From: Thermoplasmatales archaeon
GTDB taxonomy: Archaea > Thermoplasmatota > Thermoplasmata > Thermoplasmatales > Thermoplasmataceae
DNA length: 64,000 bases
Assembly (NCBI GenBank): GCA_027310185.1
Contig: DAIDBH010000017.1
Span: forward strand, 96,001 to 160,000
Reading direction: 5' to 3'
Positions 52,235 to 61,624 of this stretch are shown here, in pieces. The notes beneath the pieces were generated by a model. It was given only the letters and a program-made list of their open reading frames with translations. It was not told the origin of the DNA and did not search any database. The position numbers were made by a program, and so were the translations under genes. How positions within the stretch are numbered: position 1 is the first letter of the stretch; each line of letters starts with the position of its first letter.

Positions 52235-52540
52235 TAGGTATTCGAATCTTTGGAGAACTTTTTCGTTTAAAATTTACGATCTTTCTATCAGGAAAGATCT
52301 GACCTTTATAAATGAGATGAATTGCGAAAAAACAAAAACATATGTTAGTCTTAAAGACGACGTATCCATAGACAGAGAGAAAGTCCTATTGGAGATTGTA
52401 CAAAGCCACCTGAATACTTGAAGGGGGAGCTGTTGATAAATCAGCAATATCTGATACTTCGGGAATTGGAGATTTGTATTCGTACTGTCTTGTAAATTTG
52501 ATCTAAAAACCTTGAATACTTCTTATTGATTATCTTCTAT

Positions 52541-53095
52541 ATGTCTAATAAAGAGGAAATCTTGCTTTCATTCTTCTACGCTTGGGGAAAAACTAAGCGA
52601 AACAATGAAAAAATACCTTCCGTCACACACTTACAAAAAGAAATTTTTCTACTGTCTATGAGGACACCTTTTTCAACGAGGAAGGATTTATTCAAGTTTG
52701 TACCTTTATGGTATGGTCCGTTTTCTATCGGTTTATCACAGGAACTTACCGATTTGCAAAATAAAGGTCTCATTGGATATGATGAGCTCTCTCTGTCTAA
52801 GAACGGGTTTGGAGAGGCTTCAATTGCTTGGAACAAACTCTCGGACGAAGAAAAGAAACAGATAATAGAAGTTAAGTCCATTTACAACTTCTTTTCTACA
52901 ACCGAATTAATCGATCAGGTATACTCTATGTACCCTAAATTTACAAAGAAGTCTGCTTTAAAAAAGGAAGTTGTAGATCAATATTTTTCCGGTTATCTTA
53001 GGGATAATAATTTAACAGAAGAAGATGCCGTCTCTGCTGTCATCATGGCAAAAAAAATAATGAGAGAAAGAGATGCGAGTAATTATCGACACTAA
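52541..53095 (+). CDS. putative antitoxin, SocA/Panacea (DUF4065)/YwgA-like
   Basis: IPS.THLQKEIF, FVPLWYGPFS..L; paralog of 51163-51699. Confidence 0.6.
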   Translation: MSNKEEILLSFFYAWGKTKRNNEKIPSVTHLQKEIFLLSMRTPFSTRKDLFKFVPLWYGPFSIGLSQELTDLQNKGLIGYDELSLSKNGFGEASIAWNKLSDEEKKQIIEVKSIYNFFSTTELIDQVYSMYPKFTKKSALKKEVVDQYFSGYLRDNNLTEEDAVSAVIMAKKIMRERDASNYRH

Positions 53096-53561
53096 CGTTG
53101 TAATTGCTTACTTGGTGTCCGGCTCAAGTAAATCAATTAATTATAGGATATGCCAACGAGTTATGAATGGAAATGACAAAACTTTCTCCTGTGATGTATT
53201 ATATGGTGAATTGAATAGATTGTTGTCCCTTGACCCTGACTTAATTCAAAAAATTGCCTCCGCAGGTAATAAGGAGGGAAGATTCTTTAGTTCCATAGAG
53301 AAAGTTAACCCCCAATATTTAAATGCACGACTAGATCCATTTGTTTCCCAACTAAACTTCATTAAAACAGAAAGTCTGTCAATCGATGAGGATGCACTCA
53401 AAGACATAGGTAACGATTGGTATCTTATTTCAATCTATAAATATGTTCCTATTGATTATATAATAACTTGGAATGTTAAAGACATCTTAAAATATGCCGA
53501 TAAACACAGCGTAGATCCAGAAACAATTCTAAATCCAAGCGAATATCTAGAGAAGATTTAG
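53073..53561 (+). CDS. PIN-domain toxin
   Basis: MRVIIDTNV, IGNDWYLI, DYIITWN.KD; paralog of 51683-52123. Confidence 0.85.
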   Translation: MRVIIDTNVVIAYLVSGSSKSINYRICQRVMNGNDKTFSCDVLYGELNRLLSLDPDLIQKIASAGNKEGRFFSSIEKVNPQYLNARLDPFVSQLNFIKTESLSIDEDALKDIGNDWYLISIYKYVPIDYIITWNVKDILKYADKHSVDPETILNPSEYLEKI

Positions 53562-53570
53562 TACAATTTG

Positions 53571-53609
53571 GTATTCGCTTAAGACTTTAATCAAATCCCG
53601 ACCGGTCCA
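53571..53609 (+). repeat. 39-bp cassette/att site
   Basis: GTATTCGCTTAAGACTTTAATCAAATCCCGACCGGTCCA (38/39). Confidence 0.95.
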
Positions 53610-53919
53610 TTCGAGCAGGTTATCTCTGCATATTCTTTTCGCCCAACATCGTTTAAAATGGCTTTAATCTAATTTTCCTCCACCATACGTCACTTCAAAA
53701 CTGCTTCAGAAGATTGTAAAACACAACAGCATTGTTATTCCACACATTTTCGATGAGTACATTGAGGCAACAACATTTTGGGACGCAATTATTCTTTTCA
53801 GTTTTTCCATTGATTTATTGTTATTCAGTTCATCATGTCAACGCAGGTTGATTATTTTCCAAAGACGCCAGAATAAAATTTGTTGGAACCGCCTGCCAAC
53901 TATTTCTATTTCCTTTCAT

Positions 53920-54532
53920 GAAGATGGCGATTTACATGTTCGATGAGGAGGTGTGGATTTCACAGAAGACAAGGTATGATAAATAGATCACGGATGGAAT
54001 GATGCACAAGCCCCATTATGGAACTTGAAAATCTTAGGACAAAGATGAGATCTAAAAAATGCTTGTTTCACAGCCTGGAGGACGCGAAAGATACAGCAAA
54101 AGAGCCATCGACAAAACTGCGGGACCATGGGTTGGATTCATGGTAACAGAAGTAGATATGGACCGAAAGATACAGCGGTCAACGGGAAGACCAGGACCCA
54201 TGACTGAATACCGCTCCGTGATCTAAAGACGATTCCATGTGGAGCGGAAATCGGAAGAGAGGAACATAGATTTCGATAAAACATGCCACGGCTTGCTTCC
54301 GCTGATCACCAACAACCGATCGAGTTCTTGGAGACTTCTCCATGGTGCAGATAAACTGTATTGAGGCAGGAGGAAATACAGTGAAGAAATTCCTATCGAA
54401 ACTTACACAGCGGGAGGATGATCTGTTGAGCCTGGCACATATCCCCTCCGACTCTTACCGGCAGGGTGGGAATGCTGTTTCGGATGGTTGAGAAATTTTA
54501 GGATAACGCTCAAATTTCATGCGGAAATCAAG
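53920..54532 (+). mobile_element. degenerate IS relic, probably IS1634 family
   Basis: Broken frames give TGRPGPMTEY, DFDKTCHGLLPLITNN and KLTQREDDLLSLAHIPSDSY; ends in TGCGGAAATCAAG, resembling an IS1634 terminus. Confidence 0.5.
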
Positions 54533-54605
54533 CTTAAAAACTCAATCAAATTGTATATTATACTAAACATAAACTATTAGAATATGTACAGTATATTATA
54601 CAAAT

Positions 54606-55907
54606 ATGGTAACAATTGAAGATTTCAAGTACGTTTTAGCACTCTGGGACAGTCACCAAACATCGGATCTTATAGAACGTGATATAAAAATTGATCTGGA
54701 ATCAAAGAAGATAATTGCAATTGCCGGAGCAAGACGCTCTGGAAAAACCTATGTGATGTTTCAGTGCATGAATGATCTTTTACAAAAAGGTGTTAAGAAG
54801 GATAATATTATTTATGTCAATTTTGAGAACGAGAGACTCGTTGGAGTAACGGCCTCTGATCTTGATAGCCTTCTCATTGCACATAAGGAGCTGTTTGATC
54901 CAGACGGGACGATATACGTTTTTCTTGACGAAATACAGACTGTTGAGAATTGGGATAAATGGGTCAGGAAGGTCTATGATACTGGAAAGTATCGTCTAAT
55001 AATAACTGGATCCTCTTCTGAATTGCTAAGTAGCGAAATAGCCACTTCACTGGCAGGAAGAAATCTTACATACATTGTTTATCCATTCTCTTTCAAAGAG
55101 TACGTTGCCGCAAAGGGCCTGAAAGTTAACAAACTGCAAAAATATTCCATTGAAAAGGGAATCATTCTTAAGGTAATGAACGATTTTCTAGAATTTGGAT
55201 CATTTCCGGAAGTAGCAATGACAACCGGCGTTACAAGAAAACTGGAGATACTTTCATCTTACTTTGATGCAATTTTCTACAAGGATATAGTGAGAAGATA
55301 CAGAATCAGGGAAGTTGGAGAGTTAAACATCTTTCTTAAAATCCTTTCCAGTAGCTACGCCTCATATTTCAGTTCAGTAAAGTCGCTTAATTATTTCAGA
55401 AGTACTGGAAGGAAGATAAGCAGGGTAACATTGTTGAATTTCCTTGATTATTCGAAATCAGTTTTTCTTGTGGGTCTACTTGAGAAATACGAAAAGAGTG
55501 TAAGAAAGCGCATATCTATGCAATCAAAGACTTATATAATAGACATTGGTATTTCTAGGCTTTTCTCTGACATTGATAAGGGAAGGGCATTGGAAAACGC
55601 AGTTTTCATTGAGCTATTAAGGAAGAAAGAAGCTACAGAAAGCATAAACTATCTCAAGCTTAAATCTGGCAAAGAAGTGGATTTTATTATTGGAGGTAAA
55701 ACCAAGGAGGTCATACAGGTATCTTACGAAGTCTCTGCACCAAGTACCAGGTCTCGCGAGACCTCCGCACTTGTGGAAGCTGCCAGAGGTATTGGACTGA
55801 AGACAGGGAAAATAATAACCTACGATTATGAAGGGGAAGAATCAATTGATGGGATTTTAATACAATACATACCATTCTGGATTTGGGCTTTATCCGATAT
55901 AAAGTAA
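54606..55907 (+). CDS. AAA_14 ATPase with C-terminal DUF4143 domain
   Basis: GARRSGKT, YVNFE.ERL, FLDEIQ, ITGSSS, K.YIID.G, LEN.V..EL, EVDF. Confidence 0.88.
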   Translation: MVTIEDFKYVLALWDSHQTSDLIERDIKIDLESKKIIAIAGARRSGKTYVMFQCMNDLLQKGVKKDNIIYVNFENERLVGVTASDLDSLLIAHKELFDPDGTIYVFLDEIQTVENWDKWVRKVYDTGKYRLIITGSSSELLSSEIATSLAGRNLTYIVYPFSFKEYVAAKGLKVNKLQKYSIEKGIILKVMNDFLEFGSFPEVAMTTGVTRKLEILSSYFDAIFYKDIVRRYRIREVGELNIFLKILSSSYASYFSSVKSLNYFRSTGRKISRVTLLNFLDYSKSVFLVGLLEKYEKSVRKRISMQSKTYIIDIGISRLFSDIDKGRALENAVFIELLRKKEATESINYLKLKSGKEVDFIIGGKTKEVIQVSYEVSAPSTRSRETSALVEAARGIGLKTGKIITYDYEGEESIDGILIQYIPFWIWALSDIK

Positions 55908-55932
55908 CATCGAATTAATGGCACTCTGGAAA

Positions 55933-55971
55933 GTAATCCCTTAAAGCATTAATCAGATCCCGACCGGTCCA
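55933..55971 (+). repeat. 39-bp cassette/att site
   Basis: GTAATCCCTTAAAGCATTAATCAGATCCCGACCGGTCCA (34/39). Confidence 0.93.
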
Positions 55972-55985
55972 TTCACCATTAAATT

Positions 55986-56480
55986 TCACTTGTTGTCCAA
56001 AGAAATTCCATTCAGGCTTAATCTTAATAATATACTAACAAGACTCTTTCTATCCTGTTCATTTATGGAATTGAAAAAATTCACATCAACCGTTTCTACT
56101 ATTTTTATTGCTCTCTTTGCTATATTGAGTCCTTTTTCCGTGGCTTCCAATATAAACTCCCGCGAATCCTCAGAATTCCTGTACCTTATTATCAGCCTCT
56201 TTTCAACAAGTTTTCTGATAACCTGTGAAGTCATCATCTTATCAGTTTTGGCAAACCTTGAAAGTGTAACCTGATTGATCTTTTTGTCCTCTGTTGACAG
56301 CCATACAACACTTGCAAGAAGTACAAACTGCACATGAGTGAGATTGATCTTTTTCAATTCACTTTGCTGTTTCTTCTGCCAAAGGTTGTTTACCTGCCAA
56401 AGCAAAAACCCTAAGCTGTTTTTGGGAAATCCAAAAATAGATATACGTTTACGTTCCTCATCACTCATTTTACTGGACAT
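55986..56480 (-). CDS. MarR family regulator
   Basis: GFLLWQV.N.WQ, LTHVQF.LL, MMTSQVIRKL, D.R. Confidence 0.88.
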   Translation of the reverse strand: MSSKMSDEERKRISIFGFPKNSLGFLLWQVNNLWQKKQQSELKKINLTHVQFVLLASVVWLSTEDKKINQVTLSRFAKTDKMMTSQVIRKLVEKRLIIRYRNSEDSREFILEATEKGLNIAKRAIKIVETVDVNFFNSINEQDRKSLVSILLRLSLNGISLDNK

Positions 56481-56515
56481 ATTGCATCCCGTTAATAATT
56501 GACTGTGGAATTGCC

Positions 56516-56944
56516 CTATTCCTCTTGAAGCGCAAGCTCGGAAATTTCTCTTATAGTTTCTGGTATTGCAGAAGTTAATGAAAGTCCCATCTCTTTTCCT
56601 ACTTTATCTCCCTCATTACCATCTATTTCTACTCTGACTGTAATCTTTGTTCTATTTTTTTTCAGAGTTTGTAACATGTGAATGAAGCGAATTACAGTAT
56701 TTGTGCCCGGGATTTCTGATTCATTGGTGAAAGATTTTAGCGGCTCTACTGCTATAAGTCTATAGTTCATCCAGTGTCCATCAACAGACTTTATCTTTCC
56801 ATGAGAGCCTTTCACAAATTTTCCCTCCAGAGTGACTTTTTCGATTCCCCTATCCCATTTGGTCCAGGTTTCAATATTAGACCAAAGTTTCCATATAATT
56901 TCTGCCTTTGCATCTGTTTCCACAAAATATTCATATTGCCACAT
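56516..56944 (-). CDS. SRPBCC/polyketide-cyclase family protein
   Basis: IWKLWS.IE.W.KWD, L.G.F..G..G. Confidence 0.8.
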   Translation of the reverse strand: MWQYEYFVETDAKAEIIWKLWSNIETWTKWDRGIEKVTLEGKFVKGSHGKIKSVDGHWMNYRLIAVEPLKSFTNESEIPGTNTVIRFIHMLQTLKKNRTKITVRVEIDGNEGDKVGKEMGLSLTSAIPETIREISELALQEE

Positions 56945-56959
56945 ATTGTTTCACCATGT

Positions 56960-56977
56960 TAGTATGTATGCATACTA
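56960..56977. promoter_or_regulatory. palindromic operator, likely MarR box
   Basis: TAGTATG-TATG-CATACTA just upstream of the SRPBCC-marR genes. Confidence 0.5.
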
Positions 56978-57226
56978 TATGCATGTATACTATTAAAGGC
57001 TTCGAATAGCAAGTTAAAAAATAAAATTTACAACGGTTTTTTAAGTGACTTGAAACAAGGTTCTCATAATGCACCTTGATGTCGGTAAATTTGATTGAAG
57101 AAAATGAGTATAGAGTATTTAGACACTATTATAACACTTCCAATAAGGTTATGTACTTTTCAGAACGATTATACACATTGCATTGTTACCCATAATAATT
57201 ATATACAGGACATTAATTAGTATAAT

Positions 57227-57412
57227 ATGGAAGAAACCACAATACAGATCAAAAAAATCACAAGGGAAAACCTTAAGAAGATAGGCAGGAAAGGGCAAAC
57301 ATACGATGATATAATAGAGAATTTGCTTGAGATCGGAAAGAGAGTTATGTTTTTCGACGAACTTGACAAAATAGCGGATAACGAGGAGTTTATACCTCTT
57401 GACAAGTTATAA
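57227..57412 (+). CDS. antitoxin partner of RelE
   Basis: TTIQI...T...LK..G....TYDDII..L; overlaps relE start. Confidence 0.75.
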   Translation: MEETTIQIKKITRENLKKIGRKGQTYDDIIENLLEIGKRVMFFDELDKIADNEEFIPLDKL

Positions 57413-57677
57413 TGTTCTTGTCTCTAGAACAGCTATCCGAGAATTGAATGCGCTGAAGGAGATCGATAGGGAAAGAATAAAGGATAAACTAAGAGAACTT
57501 AGCAAAGATCCTCATAACAGTCTAAACCACCTCGATACAAAGAAACTTTCTGGGACTAAAAGAACTTATTATAGACTCCGGGTAGGAGACTATAGGGTGA
57601 TTTATTTCACAGAAGATAGAATAATAAAAGTCGTAAAGATAGCTACAAGATCTGATGTTTATTCATGGTTGGACTGA
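57399..57677 (+). CDS. relE: RelE/ParE family toxin
   Basis: KKLSG...YRLRVGDYRVIY, R..VY. Confidence 0.88.
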   Translation: MTSYNVLVSRTAIRELNALKEIDRERIKDKLRELSKDPHNSLNHLDTKKLSGTKRTYYRLRVGDYRVIYFTEDRIIKVVKIATRSDVYSWLD

Positions 57678-57696
57678 ATGTACTTTAGGTTACTTC

Positions 57697-57735
57697 GTAT
57701 TCCCTTAAAACTTTAATAAAATCCCGACCGGTCCA
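57697..57735 (+). repeat. 39-bp cassette/att site
   Basis: GTATTCCCTTAAAACTTTAATAAAATCCCGACCGGTCCA (37/39). Confidence 0.95.
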
Positions 57736-57743
57736 TTCTAACT

Positions 57744-58121
57744 TTACTTGAACATCTTGAGACCGTTCTCAATAAAAATTTCAAAATGCTTATCCAGGGT
57801 ATAAAGTGAGCAGCCGTCATTAATTGCTATTGACGCAATAATAGCGTCCGTTCTTGGAACTGCCTTTCCTTTTCTTTCAGCGCCTAGTTCTAAAAAGGCA
57901 GACAGTTCACTATCTTTTTTAGTGTATTCCAGCGTTGCTATTTGCAAGACTAAGCGAGAGTCCTTTGAGTATTTTTCTATGCCGTAAAGCAACTCATGCA
58001 TGTTGACTGAGCTCGTGCAATATTCTTCTCCACTTTCCATAATTTTAAGCATGAATTCCTGGCCTCTGCTTGATTTCTTATCCATTACTTCTATGATGAT
58101 GTCGGTGTCAAGAAGAATCAT
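57744..58121 (-). CDS. vapC: VapC PIN toxin
   Basis: LLDTDIII, E..YG, DAIIA.IA, LYTLD.HF. Confidence 0.88.
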   Translation of the reverse strand: MILLDTDIIIEVMDKKSSRGQEFMLKIMESGEEYCTSSVNMHELLYGIEKYSKDSRLVLQIATLEYTKKDSELSAFLELGAERKGKAVPRTDAIIASIAINDGCSLYTLDKHFEIFIENGLKMFK

Positions 58122-58330
58122 CTTCTCTTCTCCAACCGTTTATCTTTTATTCCAGCCAGGAACTCATCCCTGTTCTCAAATTCCATGCTTCCACGTAGAG
58201 TCAAAAGGATTTCCTTCTTGCTCTGTGATTTAACAAGTCTATCCAGAAGTTCACTGAAGCTTTCGTTCTCTTTTTTAAACCCTATCAGTTCGTCATAAAC
58301 TGAATTCTTAATGGTTATGGTTTTTGACAT
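58118..58330 (-). CDS. vapB: VapB antitoxin
   Basis: KTITI...VY..L...K...ESFSELL.RL; ATGA overlap with vapC. Confidence 0.85.
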   Translation of the reverse strand: MSKTITIKNSVYDELIGFKKENESFSELLDRLVKSQSKKEILLTLRGSMEFENRDEFLAGIKDKRLEKRR

Positions 58331-58491
58331 AACATATGTTTATGTTTAAACATTACTTATACTTTTAGACAGATAAGGTTAAAATTGCCATACGCCCTCG
58401 AAACCTAAGGTCCTTTTAACATTTTAACAATGCCACTATCTATCCATTTCGAGGTTGGCAACATGCTAATTGATGTCTTGATTTTTTATTC

Positions 58492-58950
58492 TTATGTCAA
58501 TTCCTTTTTGATATTCTCTCCTATGAAATATAGACTGATTGCATAAACTGTCATGACACTGACAGCACTCATTGTCATTCCTATCGACCAGCCGAAGAAT
58601 TGCCCAGACATTAGGAACAAGATTCCGTTTGCTATTGCACCAATCACTCCGGCAAGGATTATGATCGCACATATTCTTAATGACAATAACTGAGTCTTAA
58701 AGCTAAGGATAAGGAATACTAGTGATACTAACAAAATGGCAAATCCCTTAATGATGTGTACCAGAACAAAATCAAAGTGACCCCTTATCCACTTGAAGGT
58801 TTCTAAACTGAATACACAAATGGGAAAATCATTAGCTATGCATGAACATATAGATAAGAAAATACCAAGATATAAAGAAAACCATCCCGTAGCCAAAATT
58901 GGGACATTATAGGTTACAATAGAAGAAAAATCCTTATATTTTACACACAT
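58492..58950 (-). CDS. hypothetical membrane protein (true start uncertain)
   Basis: Hydrophobic ORF; C-terminal half resembles 48351-48830. Confidence 0.45.
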   Translation of the reverse strand: MCVKYKDFSSIVTYNVPILATGWFSLYLGIFLSICSCIANDFPICVFSLETFKWIRGHFDFVLVHIIKGFAILLVSLVFLILSFKTQLLSLRICAIIILAGVIGAIANGILFLMSGQFFGWSIGMTMSAVSVMTVYAISLYFIGENIKKELT

Positions 58951-58960
58951 ATATGTGTGT
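58943..58960. promoter_or_regulatory. perfect 18-bp palindrome, probable VapB operator
   Basis: ACACACATATATGTGTGT, 7 bp before the vapB ATG. Confidence 0.55.
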
Positions 58961-58967
58961 GGATCAG

Positions 58968-59207
58968 ATGGGAAGTAAAAATATATCTATCTCTGATGAA
59001 GCATATCTGAGGTTAGCAGAATTAAAGACTGGAAATGAAAGTTTTACAGACGTTATATATAGACTTACAAATAGGACCAACATACTTGATTTAAAAGGTA
59101 TTATAAAAGAAGAAGAAGGAAAGTCCTTAGAAGAAAATGTTAAAAAATCAAGGAAATTAAGCAAGGAAAGAATAGATAGGATCATAAGAGAGTTAAATGA
59201 ATTATGA
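58968..59207 (+). CDS. vapB: VapB antitoxin
   Basis: KNISISDEAY.RL..LK...ESF.DVI.RL. Confidence 0.85.
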   Translation: MGSKNISISDEAYLRLAELKTGNESFTDVIYRLTNRTNILDLKGIIKEEEGKSLEENVKKSRKLSKERIDRIIRELNEL

Positions 59208-59596
59208 TAGCTGACACTTCATTCCTTATTGACATAATGAAATCTAATAAGGAAGCAATAAAGAAAGCAGAGGAAATTGAAAAAACTGGAAATACTATTG
59301 CCGTTACCTCCATTTCGATTTTTGAATTGTTTGTTGGGGTTAGCCTTAGCATAAAAAAAGATCAGGAAAGAAATAAGATAATTAGAATACTTAAGGGTCT
59401 ATCAATAATAAGTTTTGATGAGGACTCTGCAAGAGAAGCTGGAAAGATATTTGCCCAAAAGAGAACGAATGGATTAGTAATAGATCCGGAAGACTCCATG
59501 ATTGCAGGTATCTGTGCAAGAAAAAATGAAATTTTAATTACACGTAACGTAAAGCATTTCCGTGATATAGAAAATGTGAGAATTGAGAGCTATTAA
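59204..59596 (+). CDS. vapC: VapC PIN toxin
   Basis: DTSFLID, FEL..G, D.MIAG, LITRNVKHF. Confidence 0.9.
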   Translation: MIADTSFLIDIMKSNKEAIKKAEEIEKTGNTIAVTSISIFELFVGVSLSIKKDQERNKIIRILKGLSIISFDEDSAREAGKIFAQKRTNGLVIDPEDSMIAGICARKNEILITRNVKHFRDIENVRIESY

Positions 59597-59629
59597 AAAT
59601 ATTAAGGGCAATGTGCCAGAATCAATTCT

Positions 59630-60009
59630 TTACAGTTCCGAGCTCTTTCTTGTCAATACTTTAGAGCTTGTAATCCCTTGCAGTTTCAAGTCATCCGTTA
59701 CAAAAACGTAACCTGATTCAATAGATGATATAAGATAAGATGAATCGTACAATGTCAGTCCCTCCTCCAATAATAAGGTCAGCACGGAATCAGTTAACGG
59801 TTGAGCTCCATTGAATCAATTAATTCAAATATGACAGCCCCCAATTCTATTGCTTCTTTCTTTGAGATTTTATTTCTAATTTTATGACGTTTCCACAGCA
59901 CGTTGCCTATCTCTCATCTTGTAAGTGGAATCGTTGCCCCAGCGATGAGTACACCATACTTACCGCTCTGAAAGAGGTTGAAAATTGCATAAGCATCCAG
60001 TAGGTTCAT
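59630..60009 (-). pseudogene. vapC pseudogene
   Basis: MNLLDAYAIFN...LTR*EIGNVLWK ... GLTLYDSSYL...FVTDDLKL, with an internal stop. Confidence 0.75.
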
Positions 60010-60226
60010 CTTTCTCGATCTTCCCTGATGTCAGCAATTATTTCATCCAGTTCAACTTTGATATAACGGGTCTAACTCTCTTCATTTTCTTTATTAGGGC
60101 TTTATTACTCGCTTTCCTGATTTCTTCCTTTACAGCCTTTCTTATAATTTCAGTTGGATTCAAACCAAGTATCTTTAATTCTTCTCTCTCTTCTTCTGAG
60201 ACCTTGGCGGATACTGTGGTTTATAT
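60006..60226 (-). pseudogene. vapB-like antitoxin pseudogene
   Basis: TTVSAKV..EEREELK.LG.N.TEIIRKAVKEEI...IREDRER with lost start and a frameshift; abuts the vapC pseudogene. Confidence 0.65.
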
Positions 60227-60338
60227 TTTCGTACTACAAAATATTTTAAGTATATATTAGAATGCTGTATTACCATATATGGTTCAGACTATACTACAAA
60301 GAGAACTTACAAACCCGGGTAACATATTCATAACTATC

Positions 60339-60377
60339 GTACTCACTTAAAACTTTAATCAAAACCCGACCGGTCTA
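60339..60377 (+). repeat. 39-bp cassette/att site
   Basis: GTACTCACTTAAAACTTTAATCAAAACCCGACCGGTCTA (35/39). Confidence 0.92.
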
Positions 60378-61134
60378 CTCTATGAACTTTGCCTGTATTT
60401 GGTTTGTTTTAAATTTCTGGTTTTCCTAGTTTTACTCCTTGATTCCAACCAAAGAACATCATCACAGTATTCCCGTTCTCGTCTAATCGAATCGTTTTCA
60501 AGCTCAAAAATATCAACTGATCTTCTTGAGAATAATTACAACTCTGCTATTACGATTCCTTTTTCCTTGTCTGAAACCAGGTTTAAAACCTTTAACTTTT
60601 CAGGCATGTTTCTATTTGCCCTTATAATTGTCTTCACATAATCACCTTTTCCAATGGCAGTTTATCGCTTAGAGGGAACGTAATGAATCCACGCAACACC
60701 TTTCGAGAGAAACGTTTCGTATAGTTTCTAAACAAGGTTGTTCTTTGAAATGAAGAACTCTGTGATCTTCTCTTCAAGTTCATTTTTTGGTTCTATATTA
60801 ACATCCTTGACTAAACATTACAAACTACGTCAGAGTTACTCAAGAAAGTCCATCACATTTTTCGCATTTCATATGATATTCCTGATACATACTGTCACAT
60901 ATGATGATTGTGTTTTACCGATATATATTCATTAAAATGAATAGAAATGTGCAAATCTCTATACAAATAGAAAATAATGACTTTTCATGCCTAGGAACTT
61001 GCTTTGGATTTCTCTGAGTTCACAAGGACAAAATTATGATTATTTGATGATTTTATCCCCCTTTCCTTAGAAACAAGTTGAAAAAGCAGAGCCTATAAGA
61101 CAAACCTTTATACTATTATTAACTATAGACATCT

Positions 61135-61356
61135 ATGACCACGTCAACTATTCAGGTCAAAGAGGAAACCAAGAAGACCCTGCAATCCATGAAACTTCAT
61201 CCCAGGGAAACCTATGAAGATGTAATTGAGAGGATGATTGAGGACCTAAGCGAATTAAATGAAGAGACCATAAAGGAAGTAGAAGAGGCCAGAAAAGAAA
61301 TAGAATCCGGTAGATTTGTTACACACGAGCAGCTGAAGAAGGATCTTGACCTTTAA
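61135..61356 (+). CDS. antitoxin partner of RelE
   Basis: STIQVKEETKK.L...K....ETYEDVI.R...G.FVT.E.LKK.L. Confidence 0.8.
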   Translation: MTTSTIQVKEETKKTLQSMKLHPRETYEDVIERMIEDLSELNEETIKEVEEARKEIESGRFVTHEQLKKDLDL

Positions 61357-61610
61357 TGGACTATATAATAATCTGGTCTGTTCAGGCTTCTAAGCAATTG
61401 AAAAGCCTTGACCGGTCAATTGCCAAGAGAATTTATGAAAAAGTTGGACAGTTGCGTCAAAACCCGGAAAGATATGTTGAGAAACTTGTTCGATATCCAT
61501 ACTACAGGCTTAGGATTGGGGATTACAGGGTGATTCTTGACATTCAAAAAGAGATGGTTAGAATAATGATTTTGAAAGTCGGACATAGAAGTAGTATATA
61601 TGACAGGTAA
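61356..61610 (+). CDS. relE: RelE family toxin
   Basis: A.KQLK.LD, YRLRIGDYRVI, VGHRSSIY. Confidence 0.9.
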   Translation: MDYIIIWSVQASKQLKSLDRSIAKRIYEKVGQLRQNPERYVEKLVRYPYYRLRIGDYRVILDIQKEMVRIMILKVGHRSSIYDR

Positions 61611-61624
61611 CATTAGATTCCAAG

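Noticed and set aside
52170-52421. 83-aa ORF
   Set aside because: Runs through the 52196 site, has a TTG start and no recognisable motifs; likely spurious or a relic.
60380-60935. Minus-strand fragments including MKCEKCDG (Zn-finger antitoxin-like) and the plus-strand ORFs listed here
   Set aside because: Multiple stops and frameshifts; probably pseudogene debris but the family cannot be assigned.
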